The notes under the pieces: model-generated
What the model saw: the letters and a program-made list of their open reading frames with translations, nothing else
What the model was told of the DNA's origin: nothing
Database searches by the model: none
Translations under genes and position numbers: made by a program
Shown here: positions 1-9,661 of the stretch, one piece after another
How the letters are laid out: every line of letters starts with the position of its first letter
How positions within the stretch are numbered: position 1 is the first letter of the stretch
Source: a virus
DNA length: 64,000 bases
Reading direction: 5' to 3' (one strand)
Virus record (IMG/VR): IMGVR_UViG_3300042691_023183
Span: 1 to 64,000 of that record

Positions 1-72
1 GTGCAACAGGCGCTCAAGGTGACAAAGGTGCAACAGGCGCTCAAGGTGACAAAGGTGCAACAGGCGCTCAGG
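1..72 (+). repeat. 27-bp tandem repeat encoding collagen GATGAQGDK
   Basis: Unit GGTGCAACAGGCGCTCAAGGTGACAAA, about 2.6 copies visible at the window edge. Confidence 0.9.
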
Positions 73-440
73 GTGCTGCTGGTGGTGGTGGTACATCGGA
101 TCGTCGTTTGAAGAAAAATATTCGACCATTGAACAAAGGGTTGAATGAGCTTTTGAAATTGAATCCAGTATCATTTGAGTATAATTCGGTTGGCAACGAT
201 AAAAAGTCGGAAGATGTAGTATCTTATGGCATTATTGCTCAAGATATATTGAATGAATTTCCCGAACTAGTTACTACATTTGAACAAAAAGCACATCCTA
301 ATGATAAGGGTCCACAAAAGTATTACTGGGTTAATTCTGAAAAACTTCAATGGGTAACTATCAATGCTTTCAAGGAATTGAATGATAGAGTGATTGTTTT
401 GGAAAAACAGGTTAAAGAATTGATGGAAAAAATAAAATAA
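1..440 (+). CDS. 3' end of collagen-like tail fibre/spike with C-terminal peptidase S74 intramolecular chaperone domain (5' truncated by window)
   Basis: Frame 3 is open from base 3 and reads ATGAQGDKGATGAQGDKGATGAQGAAGGGGT-SDRRLKKNI..LNPVSFEY..YGIIAQD; Gly-X-Y repeats followed by the S74 SDxRLKxNI motif. The ORF-track start at 108 is internal. Confidence 0.85.
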   Translation, partial: ATGAQGDKGATGAQGDKGATGAQGAAGGGGTSDRRLKKNIRPLNKGLNELLKLNPVSFEYNSVGNDKKSEDVVSYGIIAQDILNEFPELVTTFEQKAHPNDKGPQKYYWVNSEKLQWVTINAFKELNDRVIVLEKQVKELMEKIK

Positions 441-473
441 TTGTTCAATTGGTTATATTGATAATTGTATATA

Positions 474-2870
474 ATGAGTTATAAAATTCTTTACATTACT
501 CCTCATTTATCTACGGGTGGGTGTCCGCAGTATCTTTTAAAGAAATTGCGGTTATTGAATGACATACATGAGTTATATTGTGTGGAATATAACGATTATG
601 GCGAGTGGTTTGTTGTTCAAAAGAACCAAGTAAGAGAATTATTGAAAGAACGGTATTTTGTTTTGGGGGATAATAAGGAAGAGTTGTTATCGATCATTAA
701 CAAAGTACAACCGGACATAATACATTTGGAAGAAATGCCAGAATATTATATGTCTGATGACATATCGTCCAAGGTTTACACCAATAACAGGTTATACAAC
801 ATTGTAGAAACGTCACATGACAGTAGTTTCAACACTGCGTCTAAGCGTTTTTTCCCGGATCGGTTTGTTTTTGTGAGTAATTTTCAGAAAGAGTTGATGA
901 AACCTTTGGGAATTGAGTCACATGTTGTTGAATATCCTATTGTTCATAAGAATAAAGTGAACGATAGAGATAAAGCGTTGATTGCGTTGGGATTAGACCC
1001 TAATTTATTGCATGTGGTTAATGTGGGGTTATGGTCACCGAGGAAAAATCAAGGTGAAATTGTTGAATATGCTAAGAAGATGATTGATTTGCCTATTCAG
1101 TTTCATTTTGTTGGTAATACTGCTGGTAACTTTGAGTCATACTGGTCACCTATTCTTAAAAATCTGCCATCTAACTGCAAAGTTTGGGGTGAACGTAGTG
1201 ATGTTGACACGTTTTACAGTTGTATGGATTTGTTTTTGTTTACGAGTCGTGGAAATGAGAATGATAAGGAGACAAGTCCTATTGTTATACGTGAGGCTAT
1301 TAGTTACAAGTTACCATCGTTGATATATAACTTGCCGGTTTATCTAAACATGTATGACAAGTATAGTAACATCAAATATTTGTCAAATGATTTGGATAAA
1401 AACGTGGATATTATACGATCATACATTTTAAAAAAAAACATTATAAGTGATTATTCTTATATTGTTTCCACGTATCCTACAACGTCTGCATCTTTTATTA
1501 CCACGGTTCAATGTTTGAGATCGTTGACCAACGCTCATAGAATTTTGACCACACATCATTCTTCGTATGAGAAGTTCAAGAATATTGCCGATACGGTGGT
1601 ATATGATGAGGCAAATCCTATTATTAAGCACACGTATTATTGTAATGCTTGGTGGGATACTGGACGATACCGATGTGATATCAATTTAAAGGCCAATGAC
1701 AATGATAATTATCATGGATTGGCTGTTTGGACCAATTATCAGAATGGAATACGTAAATCAAAAGAATTGGGTTATAAGTACAGTGTGTGTTTGAATTACG
1801 ATATTGTATTGAATGATAAAGATTTGGTGGTGGTGGAAGATATTGTTAATCAATTGCGTACATCAACATCCAAGGGGTATTTTATTCATGAGGTATTGGG
1901 TGAAGGTGATACTTTAAAGACGGTATTTTTTGTTATTGACAATGATTATTTTATTGAAAAATTTGAAAGTGTATATAGTGAATCTGATTATAACGCAAGT
2001 ATTGTTAAACACAACTCTCCATCAAATAGTTTGGAGAATTACACGTATCATGTGTTAAAGAACAACTTGAGTGATTTAATTATTACAAAAAAGAATGAGA
2101 GTGAATTGTTTCCGTATAGTTCATTGAATGCTTTTTCGTGTGTTGAGTATTTCACGGTGGTTCCTAATGAATCTCTTACTCAATTTTATATATGGAAGAG
2201 TTCTTCTAACTTGATTGACAACAAAAATGTTATTATTCGTGTGTATGAGGACCGTGCGTGTATTTTGAAGATTGGGTATGTTCAGTTATATAATAGGAAT
2301 TTTTATCATGTTGTTGATGTAAAACCGGGACGGGTTTATGATGTAACTTTGGAAGAATATAATTCTGATTGTGAATGCATCAATTTGAAAAAGATTACTG
2401 TATCTGATATTCGTGATATTGATAAAAACGGACGGTTTGTATTGCGTGATGTGTCCATAAAACCTTCTAATAATATTAATCTACATCATATCAATTCAAA
2501 TGATATCAAATTGGATTATGTTACAGAGTTATCGGTGTGGGGGGTTACATATAGAAGTTATTTACATCAGTCTGAACTCGATGTGATTCATCAACTACAA
2601 AATTATGATAACGACATCAATGTAATTATCAAAAACGCTTCATTGAACGTATCTCCCGATCAACTTGTTCAATATATTCGAAAGACACATTCACATATGT
2701 TGACAAATAATATTTCGAGTACTTCATTGAATCCCAGAAACGGTAAGAACAGTATCGCATATGTTGTGAACAGCAATTGGATTCGTAACTTTAAAACAAT
2801 AGATTCTATAGACGAATTTCATAGTTATATGAAGGTGGGTTCTCTACACCATAATTTTAAATCGTTATGA
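474..2870 (+). CDS. Multidomain glycosyltransferase (N-terminal GT4/GT-B, then a GT-A-like domain and an unknown C-terminal region)
   Basis: KILYITPHLSTGGCPQY, VGLWSPRKNQ, DLFLFTS..ETSPIVIREA are GT4 motifs; CLNYDIVL region resembles a GT-A DxD-type strand; ATG at 474 preferred to TTG at 465. Confidence 0.8.
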   Translation: MSYKILYITPHLSTGGCPQYLLKKLRLLNDIHELYCVEYNDYGEWFVVQKNQVRELLKERYFVLGDNKEELLSIINKVQPDIIHLEEMPEYYMSDDISSKVYTNNRLYNIVETSHDSSFNTASKRFFPDRFVFVSNFQKELMKPLGIESHVVEYPIVHKNKVNDRDKALIALGLDPNLLHVVNVGLWSPRKNQGEIVEYAKKMIDLPIQFHFVGNTAGNFESYWSPILKNLPSNCKVWGERSDVDTFYSCMDLFLFTSRGNENDKETSPIVIREAISYKLPSLIYNLPVYLNMYDKYSNIKYLSNDLDKNVDIIRSYILKKNIISDYSYIVSTYPTTSASFITTVQCLRSLTNAHRILTTHHSSYEKFKNIADTVVYDEANPIIKHTYYCNAWWDTGRYRCDINLKANDNDNYHGLAVWTNYQNGIRKSKELGYKYSVCLNYDIVLNDKDLVVVEDIVNQLRTSTSKGYFIHEVLGEGDTLKTVFFVIDNDYFIEKFESVYSESDYNASIVKHNSPSNSLENYTYHVLKNNLSDLIITKKNESELFPYSSLNAFSCVEYFTVVPNESLTQFYIWKSSSNLIDNKNVIIRVYEDRACILKIGYVQLYNRNFYHVVDVKPGRVYDVTLEEYNSDCECINLKKITVSDIRDIDKNGRFVLRDVSIKPSNNINLHHINSNDIKLDYVTELSVWGVTYRSYLHQSELDVIHQLQNYDNDINVIIKNASLNVSPDQLVQYIRKTHSHMLTNNISSTSLNPRNGKNSIAYVVNSNWIRNFKTIDSIDEFHSYMKVGSLHHNFKSL

Positions 2871-4966
2871 AAATTTGTCATGTTACACCGGGATTGATTT
2901 CTATTCCTCCCAACGGATGGGGTGCAATTGAAAAGATTATTTGGGAATACAAACAATCGTTGGAACGATTGGGTCACATATGTGATATTAAATATTTGGA
3001 TGATGTTCGTAAGGAAGATTATGACATTGTTCATATACATGTTGCCAATCTCGCTTTGATTGCGTCAGAACGCAACATTCCTTATGTGTTTACGATGCAC
3101 GATCATCATACTGAGGTGTATGGAAAAGATTCTGTATTGTATAAACAGAATCGTGACGCTATTGAGAAATCGGTTGTATCATTTGTACCCGCAAAACATT
3201 TGGTGTCATATTTTGATAGTAAACGTGTAAAGTATTTACGTCACGGTGTTAACAGTTCGTTTTTTACTTTTACGTCACGTGATATTCCAAATCGTCATAA
3301 ACTATTGTGCGTTGGTCGTAATGGTTTGGCAGAAGACATGTCGTTTGATCGTAAAGGATTTATTTACGCAATTGAAGCTGCACGTAAACATGGACTTGAA
3401 ATAACTGTCGCTGGTCCTAGTGCCAATAAGGAATTCTTTGAAAAAAACAAAGATTTCAAACCGTATGATAAATTGACGTTTATGTACGATTTGAATGAAG
3501 AACAACTGTTAACAACTTATCAGAATCATACGATTTTCCTACATCCTTCATCTGTAGAAGCTGGTCATCCAAATTTAACTTTGCTTGAAGCAATGTCGTG
3601 TGCTCTTCCCGTTGTATCTACATATGATGATAATAGTTTACCGGGAATGGTCAAGATAGAACGTACAGTTGATTCTGTGTATAATGGAATTGCAACTGTG
3701 ATGAATACGTGGGAAATTTTACGTAAAGAGGCACTTGCGTATGCCCGAGACAATGATTGGAATCATATTGTGGATGATTTGGTTAGGGAATATAGAAAGA
3801 TTGATGAATACCGTATGACAAATGAATTGAATGAGATTTATGATTCAACTCAGAGTACTGATAAACAATTACAGGGTGCTAAGATAGAGATTAACTATAC
3901 GGATGGTGCATATTTGTCTATTAATGGCGGTGATGTAAATACTCGTTACAGTTTTGACTTTATTGATGATGAATTTGACGAAGTTTTGTACAGTGGTACA
4001 ATTAAAACAAACGAGTGGGCAAAATGTTTAATCAAACGTTATATTCCGTATCGTGTTAAGTTGAGTGTAGATTCAAAACTTTTGTTGAATCAAAAGTTGA
4101 ATTTGAAAGGTAAAGAAGTTTTGATTTGTATGGATACTAAGTCACTTGGTGATTGTATTGCGTGGTTTCCATATATTGAAGAATTTAGAAAGAAACATGA
4201 ATGTAATGTTACATGTGCTACGAATTGGGAGTCATTGTTTAAAGAAAACTATCCAGACATTAAGTTTTGTGGATTACAGTGGAGTGGAAATTTTTATGCT
4301 ATTTACATGATCGGTTGTTATCCCGATACACATCGTTCTTTGTTTAACTATAAAGATGTTTCGTTGCAAAGACTATCATCGTCTATATTGGGAGTCAATC
4401 ATAAAGAGATTAGACCTAATGTTGTCATTAAGAATACCGCTCGAAAAATTGAACAAAAGTATGTTTGTTTTGCGACACAATCAACTGCTCAGGCCAAGTA
4501 TTGGAACAATCCAACTGGTTGGCAAGAGACGTGTGATTATTTGAACAGTATTGGTTTGAAACCGGTTTTGATTCAATCAGAAAAAGAAGACAGATTTACA
4601 AATATCCTCAATCTTTCTGGTCCCAAAGACATACATGAAACTATAAATCTTTTGTATAATTGTGAGTTTTTCATCGGCATTGGATCTGGTTTGTCGTGGT
4701 TATCGTGGGCAGTTAAAAAGCCTACGGTATTGGTGAGTGGTTTTAGTTTACCTCGTAGTGAATTTTTCACTCCGTATCGGGTTATTAATACCAACGTATG
4801 TAATGGTTGTTGGAATGAATATGATTTTGACCGTGGGGATTGGAATTGGTGTCCTCGTCAAAAAGGAACTCCACGTCAATTTGAGTGTTCCCGAGAAATT
4901 AGTTCTAAGATGGTCATTGATACCATCAACAAACTTGTTATAGATGAAGGTATACGTACATCTTGA
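2867..4966 (+). CDS. GT4 domain fused to Aah/TibC-family (autotransporter) protein O-heptosyltransferase domain
   Basis: N-term IPPNGWGAIEK and EAGHPNLTLLEA (GT4); C-term SLGDCIAWFP, QSTAQAKYWNN, SGLSWLSWA..LVSGFSLPRSEF, CNGCW..WCPRQKGTPRQFEC match the Aah/TibC pattern including four iron-finger Cys. Confidence 0.85.
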   Translation: MKICHVTPGLISIPPNGWGAIEKIIWEYKQSLERLGHICDIKYLDDVRKEDYDIVHIHVANLALIASERNIPYVFTMHDHHTEVYGKDSVLYKQNRDAIEKSVVSFVPAKHLVSYFDSKRVKYLRHGVNSSFFTFTSRDIPNRHKLLCVGRNGLAEDMSFDRKGFIYAIEAARKHGLEITVAGPSANKEFFEKNKDFKPYDKLTFMYDLNEEQLLTTYQNHTIFLHPSSVEAGHPNLTLLEAMSCALPVVSTYDDNSLPGMVKIERTVDSVYNGIATVMNTWEILRKEALAYARDNDWNHIVDDLVREYRKIDEYRMTNELNEIYDSTQSTDKQLQGAKIEINYTDGAYLSINGGDVNTRYSFDFIDDEFDEVLYSGTIKTNEWAKCLIKRYIPYRVKLSVDSKLLLNQKLNLKGKEVLICMDTKSLGDCIAWFPYIEEFRKKHECNVTCATNWESLFKENYPDIKFCGLQWSGNFYAIYMIGCYPDTHRSLFNYKDVSLQRLSSSILGVNHKEIRPNVVIKNTARKIEQKYVCFATQSTAQAKYWNNPTGWQETCDYLNSIGLKPVLIQSEKEDRFTNILNLSGPKDIHETINLLYNCEFFIGIGSGLSWLSWAVKKPTVLVSGFSLPRSEFFTPYRVINTNVCNGCWNEYDFDRGDWNWCPRQKGTPRQFECSREISSKMVIDTINKLVIDEGIRTS

Positions 4967-5756
4967 AAGCAATCAATTGGGTGACTGCATTGCGTGGTTA
5001 CCCTATATTGATATTGCCAGAGAAAAATATGGATGGGACGTATATACAAACTTTTATTATAAAAATTTGTTTGCGGACTCGTATCCTTACCTGAAATTTG
5101 AGGTACCGTCTTCATATGATAAGAAAGTGGTGATTGACGTTGTTGATAGAGAAAAACCTCTACAATGGTCATCTGCGCACGCTTTAGGGGTTGATTATAG
5201 TGAACAACGTCCACGATTTAATCTATCAAAACTCAAAAAGACTCCGGGTAAGACAATTACTTTTTCTGAATATGGAAGTAACTATTGTAAGTCGTGGAAC
5301 AATCCTATGGGATGGTTTAAAACGATACAACACATTAAAACTATAGGATATGATCCAATTGCGGTATCAAAAGAACCGACTTTGTTATTAAACGTAGCTG
5401 ATTGTACCGGTTTGGATCTATTGGAGGTCTGTAACTTGATTTATAGTTCTTCTGTATATATTGGTGTAAGTTCAGGATTGGCGTGGTTGGCATGGTGTTT
5501 GGGTATACCTGTAATCATGATAAGTGGACATACCAAGCGTTATTTTGAATTTAACAGTAATATTGTTAGATTGGGTCCATCAGAACCAATCTGTTTTGGG
5601 TGTTATAACGATAACAATTTAGAAATTAACTGGGAAGACGTATGGTGTCCACACTATAAAGGAACCTACAGACAACATGAGTGTACATATACTATTAGTC
5701 ATACCGATGTAGTTAACGCTATAAATTATGTGCTAAAAAATAGTCTTAAAATATAA
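4944..5756 (+). CDS. Second, stand-alone Aah/TibC-like heptosyltransferase paralogue
   Basis: QLGDCIAWLP, KSWNNPMGW, SGLAWLAW..ISGHT, CFGC..WCPHYKGTYRQHEC. Confidence 0.8.
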   Translation: MKVYVHLESNQLGDCIAWLPYIDIAREKYGWDVYTNFYYKNLFADSYPYLKFEVPSSYDKKVVIDVVDREKPLQWSSAHALGVDYSEQRPRFNLSKLKKTPGKTITFSEYGSNYCKSWNNPMGWFKTIQHIKTIGYDPIAVSKEPTLLLNVADCTGLDLLEVCNLIYSSSVYIGVSSGLAWLAWCLGIPVIMISGHTKRYFEFNSNIVRLGPSEPICFGCYNDNNLEINWEDVWCPHYKGTYRQHECTYTISHTDVVNAINYVLKNSLKI

Positions 5757-5783
5757 ATATCTAGTCTTTCAAATTTTTAGAAA

Positions 5784-5790
5784 TATTTAT
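5784..5790 (+). promoter_or_regulatory. Putative late-promoter motif TATTTAT upstream of tail sheath
   Basis: Same heptamer recurs in intergenic DNA at 9456, 9734, 11108, 11695, 13210, 23482, 34689 and 40819. Confidence 0.6.
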
Positions 5791-5850
5791 ATTTAGAGTT
5801 TTTTGTATGCGTCTCATACAAAACTAACCAATCGAAAGGAAATTTAGCAT

Positions 5851-8800
5851 ATGCCAATTACAGAAGGGGGAACATTTACCCCACATGATAAAATTGTAAG
5901 TCCAGGCGTTTTCAGTCGTGAAAACGATCTATCAGGACTTGCTCAGGGCGTGGCTGATATCGGTGGGGCCATTGTCGCTCCCTTTCCAAAGGGACCGGGA
6001 TTTGCTCCAACGATTGTCACCAGCGTGTCTGAGTTAGAAGAAAAATTCGGTGTAGCGGACGGAGTATATTACGGTCCATACACTGCCAAACAGTATCTAC
6101 AGGAACAGGGTCTTGTGACCATTTGTCGTGTAGGTGCGTTGACCGGATATAAGCAAGATAATCCATTTGTTATCTACGCAATTCCGGGTTATTATAATCG
6201 TGCAAACGAAAGTGGTTCATTTACTGCTTTGGGAACAGCCGATTCATCATATATCGCTCTGGATCCAGACGATATTACAGTTAACGTACAATACGTTAGT
6301 TCAAGTGGCGGTACTGAGACATTGACTATTACCGGCAGTTTGTACGCAAACTTCGAAACCAGTTCATTCTCAACCTACAACCCACCAGGCACAACTGGTA
6401 ACAAGACTTACACCACTCGTTATATCGGTGATGTAAATCTCACATTTGACGCTGCGTCATTTGAAATCAGTTCAAGTTATCAAGGTGACTTGACAATTAG
6501 TTCTGAAGCTAAGTTGTTACGTGCTCTTGCTGAACAAACTGGACGTTTGTCTGGTAGTTTGGCAACCACAAGCAGTTTGGTTAAGTTGAGTGACGACTTC
6601 CCAGTTTCAGGTACTGCGTCTGAAGTTATTATCAATGGCATCAATTTTGCCAAGTACCGTCCAACCAATAGTTGCGGTGTTCAAATTCAATTGACTTGTA
6701 ACATTACTGGTAGTTTTGGTAAGTTTACTACATTCACCGAGACCGTTGTTTCTGGTGGAGATCCATGTAATCCAGGCGCAGCCCGTGAAGCAGTAGTGCT
6801 TGCAGTATTGGGAAATACCCAAAACGCAACTATTCAATCGGATGCATCTAACAAGTTGGCACAAGTTGTATATGGTTTCGAAGGTTCAGTGTTGAGCAAG
6901 AAGGTTGCAACATCAGGATTGTACAGTGGTAGCGCTGATCCAACCGCACAAGACTTTGTTCTTGACTTGCGTTATAACATCGGTGGTTCAAGTGGAAGTT
7001 ATGGAACCTATGAATTCTCATTGGATCCAGCAAGTTCTAACTATATTACCAATGTATTTGGAACAGATCCAACTGCAGGTGATCCAGCAAAACAAGTTGC
7101 TGGTCAAAAGATTGAAGCTGCATATCTCTACAAGATCTTCAAGGATACCATCGCTCGTATTTCTGAAGAGTCAACCGATCCTTCCGATGGTTGGAAGATT
7201 GTAGGAAGTGAAGCTCCTTATACACCAACTGGTGGTGAAAATAAGGTTCAATTCACTGGTAATCCATTGAAGCTTACTGACGACTTTGGTTACTCACCAA
7301 CAACTGGTGACAGTGACTTCAGTTTGAAGTGGGCAACCACTCCATGGGTTAACTCACAACAAGTTGCACCATTCACTGGCACAGCTGATGTGACTGCTCG
7401 TCCACAACGTTTCCCACTCTTCCGTCTACACACACTTGCTGACGGAACCAATACAAACACTTCCTACAAGGTTGAAATCAGTGACGTAAAACTCGCTGGT
7501 ACTGTTGCTGGTAGTGACTATGGTTCATTCACATTGAGTGTACGTAAGTTCAGTGACACTGATAAGAATCCTAAGTACTTGGAACGTTTCCAAAACTTGA
7601 ATCTTGATCCAGATAGCAGTAACTTTATCGCTCGCCGTATTGGTGATCGTTACAACTATATTGCTTACTCTGGTAAGATTATTGAGTTTGGTACTTATGC
7701 TAACTTGAGTAAGTATATTCGTGTTGAGATGACCGAGAATGTGTATCCAGAAGCAGCAATTCCTTATGGATTTGATGCTCTTGCTACACCACTCGGAGGT
7801 AACGTTGGTGGATTCTTGCCACCAGTACAGTTTACCCGCGCTTCAACATATTCATCTGCTCCGGGTAAGTATCCATCAGGTATCGTGTTTGGTGAGCCAC
7901 CAGTTGGTGCATCAGACGATTTGTTGGCCTTGTATCCTACATCATCAGTTGGTGTATATAGCGTACATAACGACAATCTTCAATACTTCGCTCCATTGCC
8001 TGCTTACGAAGGTTTCACTTCAATCGGCAATAACGTTGTATTCGATCTTGAAACTGGTGATACATACAATCCAACTGGTTCTAAACAACCAGACGTTCAA
8101 AACGATAGCGGTGGTGTTCCATCAACTTATGACGCTGCATACGAATCAACACGTGTGAAGATGCGTAAGTTCGTCTTTGGTTTCCAAGGCGGATTTGATG
8201 GTCAATCACCAGCAATTCCAATTAATGTTGGATCTGATATCATCCCAGGCAATACACAAGGTTTGAATTGTACCAACATTACAAGCCCAGGCAGTGTTGC
8301 TTACAGACAGTGTGTCGGTGCATTGGGTAACGCTGATGAGTTCGATATTAACTTGATCGCTACTCCGGGTATCTTCTACCAACACCACAGTTATGTGGCT
8401 CAGTTGGTAATCGATATGTGTGAAGCACGTGGTGATTGTTTCTACATCATGGATAACGTGGTGTTTCCTAAGAGCAATCAAAGCACTGGATTGATTGATG
8501 CCGCAATTAACGTTGCTGCCACAATCGATAGCAGTTACGCTGCTACTTACTATCCATGGGTCAAGATTCTTGACACCAACTTGAACAAGATTATTAGTGT
8601 ACCTCCATCTGTTGTTCTACCTGCTATCTACGCAGCAAACGATAAGGCATCTGCTGAATGGTTTGCTCCAGCCGGTTTGAACCGTGGTGGTATCACTCAA
8701 GCTGTTCAAGTGTTGGATCGTTTGACACACGGTGAACGTGATACACTCTATGAAGGTCGTGTTAACCCAATCGCAGCATTCCCCGGTCAGGGTATCTGTG

Positions 8801-9159
8801 TATGGGGTCAAAAGACTCTTCAAATCGCACCAAGCGCATTGGATCGTATCAACGTTCGTCGTTTGATGATCAACTTGAAGAAGTTCATTGCTTCAAGTTC
8901 ACGTTTCTTGGTATTCGAACAGAACGTGGCAAATACACGTAATCGTTTCTTGAGTATCGTTAATCCATATTTGGAACAAGTACAATCACGTAGTGGTTTG
9001 TACGCCTTCCAAGTTAAGATGGACGAAACCAACAACACACCTGATTTGATCGATAGAAACATCCTCTACGGACAAATCTTCCTACAACCAACCAAGACTG
9101 CTGAATTCATCGTTCTTGACTTCAACATCTTGCCAACTGGTGCAAGTTTCGGTGCTTAA
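5851..9159 (+). CDS. Contractile tail sheath protein (T4 gp18-like) with a large inserted region
   Basis: N-term VSPGVFSRENDLS..PKGP; C-term YAATYYPW, WFAPAGLNRG, VWGQKTL..SALDRINVRRL, LQPTKTAEFIVLDF. Confidence 0.95.
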   Translation: MPITEGGTFTPHDKIVSPGVFSRENDLSGLAQGVADIGGAIVAPFPKGPGFAPTIVTSVSELEEKFGVADGVYYGPYTAKQYLQEQGLVTICRVGALTGYKQDNPFVIYAIPGYYNRANESGSFTALGTADSSYIALDPDDITVNVQYVSSSGGTETLTITGSLYANFETSSFSTYNPPGTTGNKTYTTRYIGDVNLTFDAASFEISSSYQGDLTISSEAKLLRALAEQTGRLSGSLATTSSLVKLSDDFPVSGTASEVIINGINFAKYRPTNSCGVQIQLTCNITGSFGKFTTFTETVVSGGDPCNPGAAREAVVLAVLGNTQNATIQSDASNKLAQVVYGFEGSVLSKKVATSGLYSGSADPTAQDFVLDLRYNIGGSSGSYGTYEFSLDPASSNYITNVFGTDPTAGDPAKQVAGQKIEAAYLYKIFKDTIARISEESTDPSDGWKIVGSEAPYTPTGGENKVQFTGNPLKLTDDFGYSPTTGDSDFSLKWATTPWVNSQQVAPFTGTADVTARPQRFPLFRLHTLADGTNTNTSYKVEISDVKLAGTVAGSDYGSFTLSVRKFSDTDKNPKYLERFQNLNLDPDSSNFIARRIGDRYNYIAYSGKIIEFGTYANLSKYIRVEMTENVYPEAAIPYGFDALATPLGGNVGGFLPPVQFTRASTYSSAPGKYPSGIVFGEPPVGASDDLLALYPTSSVGVYSVHNDNLQYFAPLPAYEGFTSIGNNVVFDLETGDTYNPTGSKQPDVQNDSGGVPSTYDAAYESTRVKMRKFVFGFQGGFDGQSPAIPINVGSDIIPGNTQGLNCTNITSPGSVAYRQCVGALGNADEFDINLIATPGIFYQHHSYVAQLVIDMCEARGDCFYIMDNVVFPKSNQSTGLIDAAINVAATIDSSYAATYYPWVKILDTNLNKIISVPPSVVLPAIYAANDKASAEWFAPAGLNRGGITQAVQVLDRLTHGERDTLYEGRVNPIAAFPGQGICVWGQKTLQIAPSALDRINVRRLMINLKKFIASSSRFLVFEQNVANTRNRFLSIVNPYLEQVQSRSGLYAFQVKMDETNNTPDLIDRNILYGQIFLQPTKTAEFIVLDFNILPTGASFGA

Positions 9160-9177
9160 TTGAACTGAAAATAATTC

Positions 9178-9208
9178 AAAACCCCGCCCTAAAAAGCGGG
9201 GTTTTTTT
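9178..9208 (+). terminator. Intrinsic terminator after sheath
   Basis: AAAACCCCGC-cctaaaaa-GCGGGGTTTT stem followed by T run. Confidence 0.85.
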
Positions 9209-9221
9209 AACACAAAAAATA

Positions 9222-9392
9222 ATGAACAAAACTCAAATACTAGGAATAATAAGACACGTTCTAACTTTCGGTGCAGGCTTTTTAGTAGCCAGCGGAAAGT
9301 TAGACCTCAACGGAGCTGAAACAATTATAGGCGCAGCACTCGCTCTTATCGGCAGTGTGTGGTCAGTTATCGCTCCTGAAAAACAGAGTTAA
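9222..9392 (+). CDS. Small two-TM putative holin (Pam3-gp28-like), 56 aa, absent from ORF track
   Basis: Hand translation MNKTQILGIIRHVLTFGAGFLVASGKLDLNGAETIIGAALALIGSVWSVIAPEKQS; two hydrophobic helices, RHxLT and terminal WS motif. Confidence 0.7.
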   Translation: MNKTQILGIIRHVLTFGAGFLVASGKLDLNGAETIIGAALALIGSVWSVIAPEKQS

Positions 9393-9406
9393 AATAAACA
9401 TTGTAC

Positions 9407-9433
9407 AAACCCCGCTTTTGAGCGGGGTTTTTT
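9407..9433 (+). terminator. Intrinsic terminator after putative holin
   Basis: AAACCCCGCT-tttg-AGCGGGGTTT plus T run; stem nearly identical to the one at 9178. Confidence 0.85.
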
Positions 9434-9466
9434 ATTGCGTTAACACTTGTTTTCATATTTATATAA

Positions 9467-9661
9467 GTGAAAGAAAACGAAGATAATTTTGAGGTTTATG
9501 ACGACAATAATTTGAGTCATGTTATAGCTGGACCAGATTATGGTCAGCTTGGCAATACAGAGTTAAAATGGACGCTTAAAGCGCCTAAACCTCAAAATAA
9601 TAACTTAACTATTAATGCCATAAACTCTAAAAATATATTGATTAACGTTTTGAAAGTTTAA
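9467..9661 (+). CDS. Hypothetical protein (64 aa)
   Basis: Fills the intergenic space; GTG start 4 nt after a TATTTAT motif. Confidence 0.45.
   Translation: MKENEDNFEVYDDNNLSHVIAGPDYGQLGNTELKWTLKAPKPQNNNLTINAINSKNILINVLKV

Noticed and set aside
1-72. 27-bp repeats as a possible CRISPR array
   Set aside because: No spacers; contiguous in-frame collagen-coding repeats.
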